Below are positions 63,044-64,000 of a stretch of DNA of 64,000 nucleotides, one piece after another. Where the stretch lies: positions 50,503 through 114,502 of the forward strand of contig MCFE01000250.1 of assembly GCA_002104905.1 (NCBI GenBank). Reading direction: 5' to 3'. The DNA comes from Basidiobolus meristosporus CBS 931.73. Taxonomy: Eukaryota; Fungi; Basidiobolomycota. The translations under genes and the position numbers were made by a program. Each line of letters starts with the position of its first letter. The stretch's first letter is position 1. The notes below the pieces were generated by a model that was given only the letters and a program-made list of their open reading frames with translations, made no database searches and had not been told where the DNA came from.

Positions 63044-64000
63044 TTAGGGGGAGACAGTCACCAACAGGTGAAATCTTTATTTCAGTTGAAACAAAGAAGC
63101 CAGCGCTACTGTTGTAGCTTTGATACAAGAGTGTGTAGCTGAGGGGAATTTGTAGGTAAGTTAATAAGAAGTGATGATAGTTCTTCAGTGCTCAAGACAC
63201 TGTTCAGTGGGAAGGGGGGTAGCAAGAGAGGTAAGAATGACTTGTGAACAACATTAATGAGGGGAATGTGATAAGGATTGATATTCATCATAAAGGGAGT
63301 GTGCTGCTGCAGATATTGCTGCCAAAGGTCTGTCAAGTACTTCAGGTAGGCCAGCTTGGGTTTTTCTGACTGCAGAATATAGTGAGCAAACTTCTTGACT
63401 TCAGGATCTCCAAGTATAGTTCTCCAGCAGGAGCCAGGTGTTGTGTGGTGTGTTCTCTTCCAGGCCTTAATCAGTGGGTTGTTGCAGTTGTGAAGTCTGA
63501 GGTATAATCTGGTTCTAAGGTAGAGAAGTCTGATCTTATAGGGCATAAACCCAAAAGCACCAAGAATAGCATGTCTGTAGGGGCATTCAGGCAAATGAGG
63601 CACCAAGGAGGTAATGCACCATACTGCAAACTTGTCAAGCTTAGTGCAGTCTCTAGAAGTAAGAGAGAGAAGTGGTAAGCCAAATTCCAGGACAGGGAAG
63701 ACAAACTGCTTGAGTAGAAGGAGGCAGCTGGGAGCTGAAGTTGTAGGAGGAGTAACAGCCAGTAGCTTGTGGAGTGCCTGTCTTGCCAGGATAATTCTCT
63801 TCTTCAGGTGTGCTCCAGAATCTAGTCCAGTAGGAAGGAAAGGAAAGCCAAGATATGTAGCAGAAACCTGAGCAGGTAGAGTGGAGTTCTCCAAGTTGAT
63901 GGGAGAGCCCAAAGGTACTGTCTTTGCAATGGAAAGCTGGAGATTATTCTTCTGCAGATACTGGTGGATGGCCTGGGAGTCTTGTTGCACATTGGAGGAG
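63044..64000 (-). mobile_element. Second LINE-B copy: 3' tail and RT C-terminus (CDS 63106 to beyond the window)
   Basis: Nearly identical to 52911-53870; open reading frame down to the TAG at 63106-63108. Confidence 0.95.

Noticed and set aside
45400-64000. Classical Neurospora-type RIP
   Set aside because: The missing dinucleotide is CpG, CpA/TpG are abundant, and the ORFs are not riddled with TAA/TAG stops.

Overview
Eukaryotic DNA from an intron-containing fungus, probably an early-diverging lineage (short ~55-75 nt GT-AG introns, fungal-type genes; Basidiobolus-like is only a guess). Bases 1-45.3 kb are gene-dense: a divergent DHTKD1/2-oxoacid dehydrogenase E1-like gene in two inverted ~97%-identical copies, F-box, 4CL-like ligase, HTD2, COA4, AOS1, HAD phosphatase, HMG-box TF, DYRK kinase, a variant histone H3, CWC24, BFR2, FAM32A-like, UBP12-like USP, Atf1-like bZIP, LigB/DODA dioxygenase, two tandem GPI proteins, CYT1, a paraoxonase-like gene and an orphan repeat protein. 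About 45.4-51 kb is CpG-poor debris (Copia remnants, an SDR gene, a hydrolase pseudogene). From ~51.04 kb to the window end is a head-to-tail array of minus-strand non-LTR retroelements, each joined at its 3' end to one or two TTAGGG units and lacking poly(A). It contains an APE-RT LINE family whose ORF2 follows ORF1 in frame across a UGA-CUA stop, a second RT family, an ORF1-only unit sharing a structured 3' tail, short hairpin units, and a recent Ty1/Copia element nested in the LINE. By eye the LINE coding sequences contain no CpG. The best candidate for an undescribed system is this telomere-targeted retrotransposon array. Many single-base frameshifts in conserved genes look like assembly errors. 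No CRISPR array, rRNA or intact tRNA was seen.
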